A DNA stretch of 64,000 nucleotides from an uncultured Candidatus Rokubacteria bacterium (GTDB lineage: Bacteria; Methylomirabilota; Methylomirabilia; Rokubacteriales; CSP1-6), in NCBI GenBank assembly GCA_963758635.1, contig CAVWWD010000004.1, positions 1 to 64,000 of the forward strand, given 5' to 3'. The notes beneath the pieces were generated by a model. It ran no database searches. It was given only the letters and a program-made list of their open reading frames with translations, and was not told where the DNA came from. Both the position numbers and the translations under genes were made by a program. Within the stretch, counting starts at the first letter, position 1. Every line of letters begins with the position of its first letter. This document shows positions 63,598 through 64,000 of the stretch, piece after piece.

Positions 63598-64000
63598 ATG
63601 GCGGTGACGAAGACCCCGCTGTCCGAGATCATCTCCCTCGGCGACCTCGCGTGGCAGGAGCGGCAGCCCGGGGTGCGGATGAAGCAGATCTGGGAGCATG
63701 CGGAGACGAAGCGACGGGCGGTCCTGACGCGCATCGAGCCCGACGCCAAGCTCCCGCTTCACCGGCACGTCGGCGACGAGCTGGTCTTCGTGATCGAGGG
63801 CGCGATCGCCGACGAGTTCGGCGCCGTCACCGCGGGCAACGTGGGCTACCGGCCGAACGGCTGCGTGCACACGGTCTCCACGAAGAACGGCGCCACCGTG
63901 CTGGCGATCCTGACCGGCGGCGTCGAGCCGGCGACGGCGAGGGACGGGGCTCCGCCCTCCCGGGTTGTCACCGTCAGCGACCTCCCGTGGATGGAGACGC
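63598..64000 (+). CDS. ChrR-like cupin protein (runs off the window)
   Basis: LPLHRH.GDE..FVIEG, G..GYRPNG..H.V; GGAG RBS. Confidence 0.8.
   Translation, partial: MAVTKTPLSEIISLGDLAWQERQPGVRMKQIWEHAETKRRAVLTRIEPDAKLPLHRHVGDELVFVIEGAIADEFGAVTAGNVGYRPNGCVHTVSTKNGATVLAILTGGVEPATARDGAPPSRVVTVSDLPWMET

Overview
A very GC-rich bacterial accessory and catabolic region. The gene content (many LLM oxidoreductases, CoA ligases and transferases, ABC binding proteins, small TA pairs) suggests a soil organism such as Ca. Rokubacteria/Methylomirabilota; this is inference only. Many genes carry 1-bp frameshifts, often in homopolymer or GC runs, which looks like uncorrected long-read error, so split ORFs are reported as single genes. 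In order: a glycosyltransferase-like gene ending in an IS3-family element; cysK; an adenylate cyclase-TPR; a CoA-transferase; a cell-wall-lytic cassette (LysM/PG-binding protein, DUF1579-like protein, and a ~1035-aa protein joining amidase_2, M23-like, M15A-like and C2-like domains) next to a secreted thermonuclease; a coupled five-gene chaperone operon (helical-repeat protein, J-domain with PPD in place of HPD, GrpE, Hsp70, Zn-ribbon protein) between ~125-bp diverged direct repeats and carrying a mazEF remnant; an IclR-linked acyl-CoA/diiron cluster; several intact and decayed TA modules; a CARDB/beta-propeller protein behind a sigma54-type promoter; flavin monooxygenases; a Liv-type ABC system with an embedded acyl-CoA ligase; a probable selenocysteine peroxiredoxin (in-frame UGA plus SECIS-like hairpin); a Rieske/gentisate dioxygenase cluster; and a Dpp-type ABC system with tandem binding proteins. 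No rRNA, tRNA or CRISPR array was seen. The best novelty candidates are the chaperone island, the three-enzyme peptidoglycan hydrolase module and the exported selenoperoxiredoxin.
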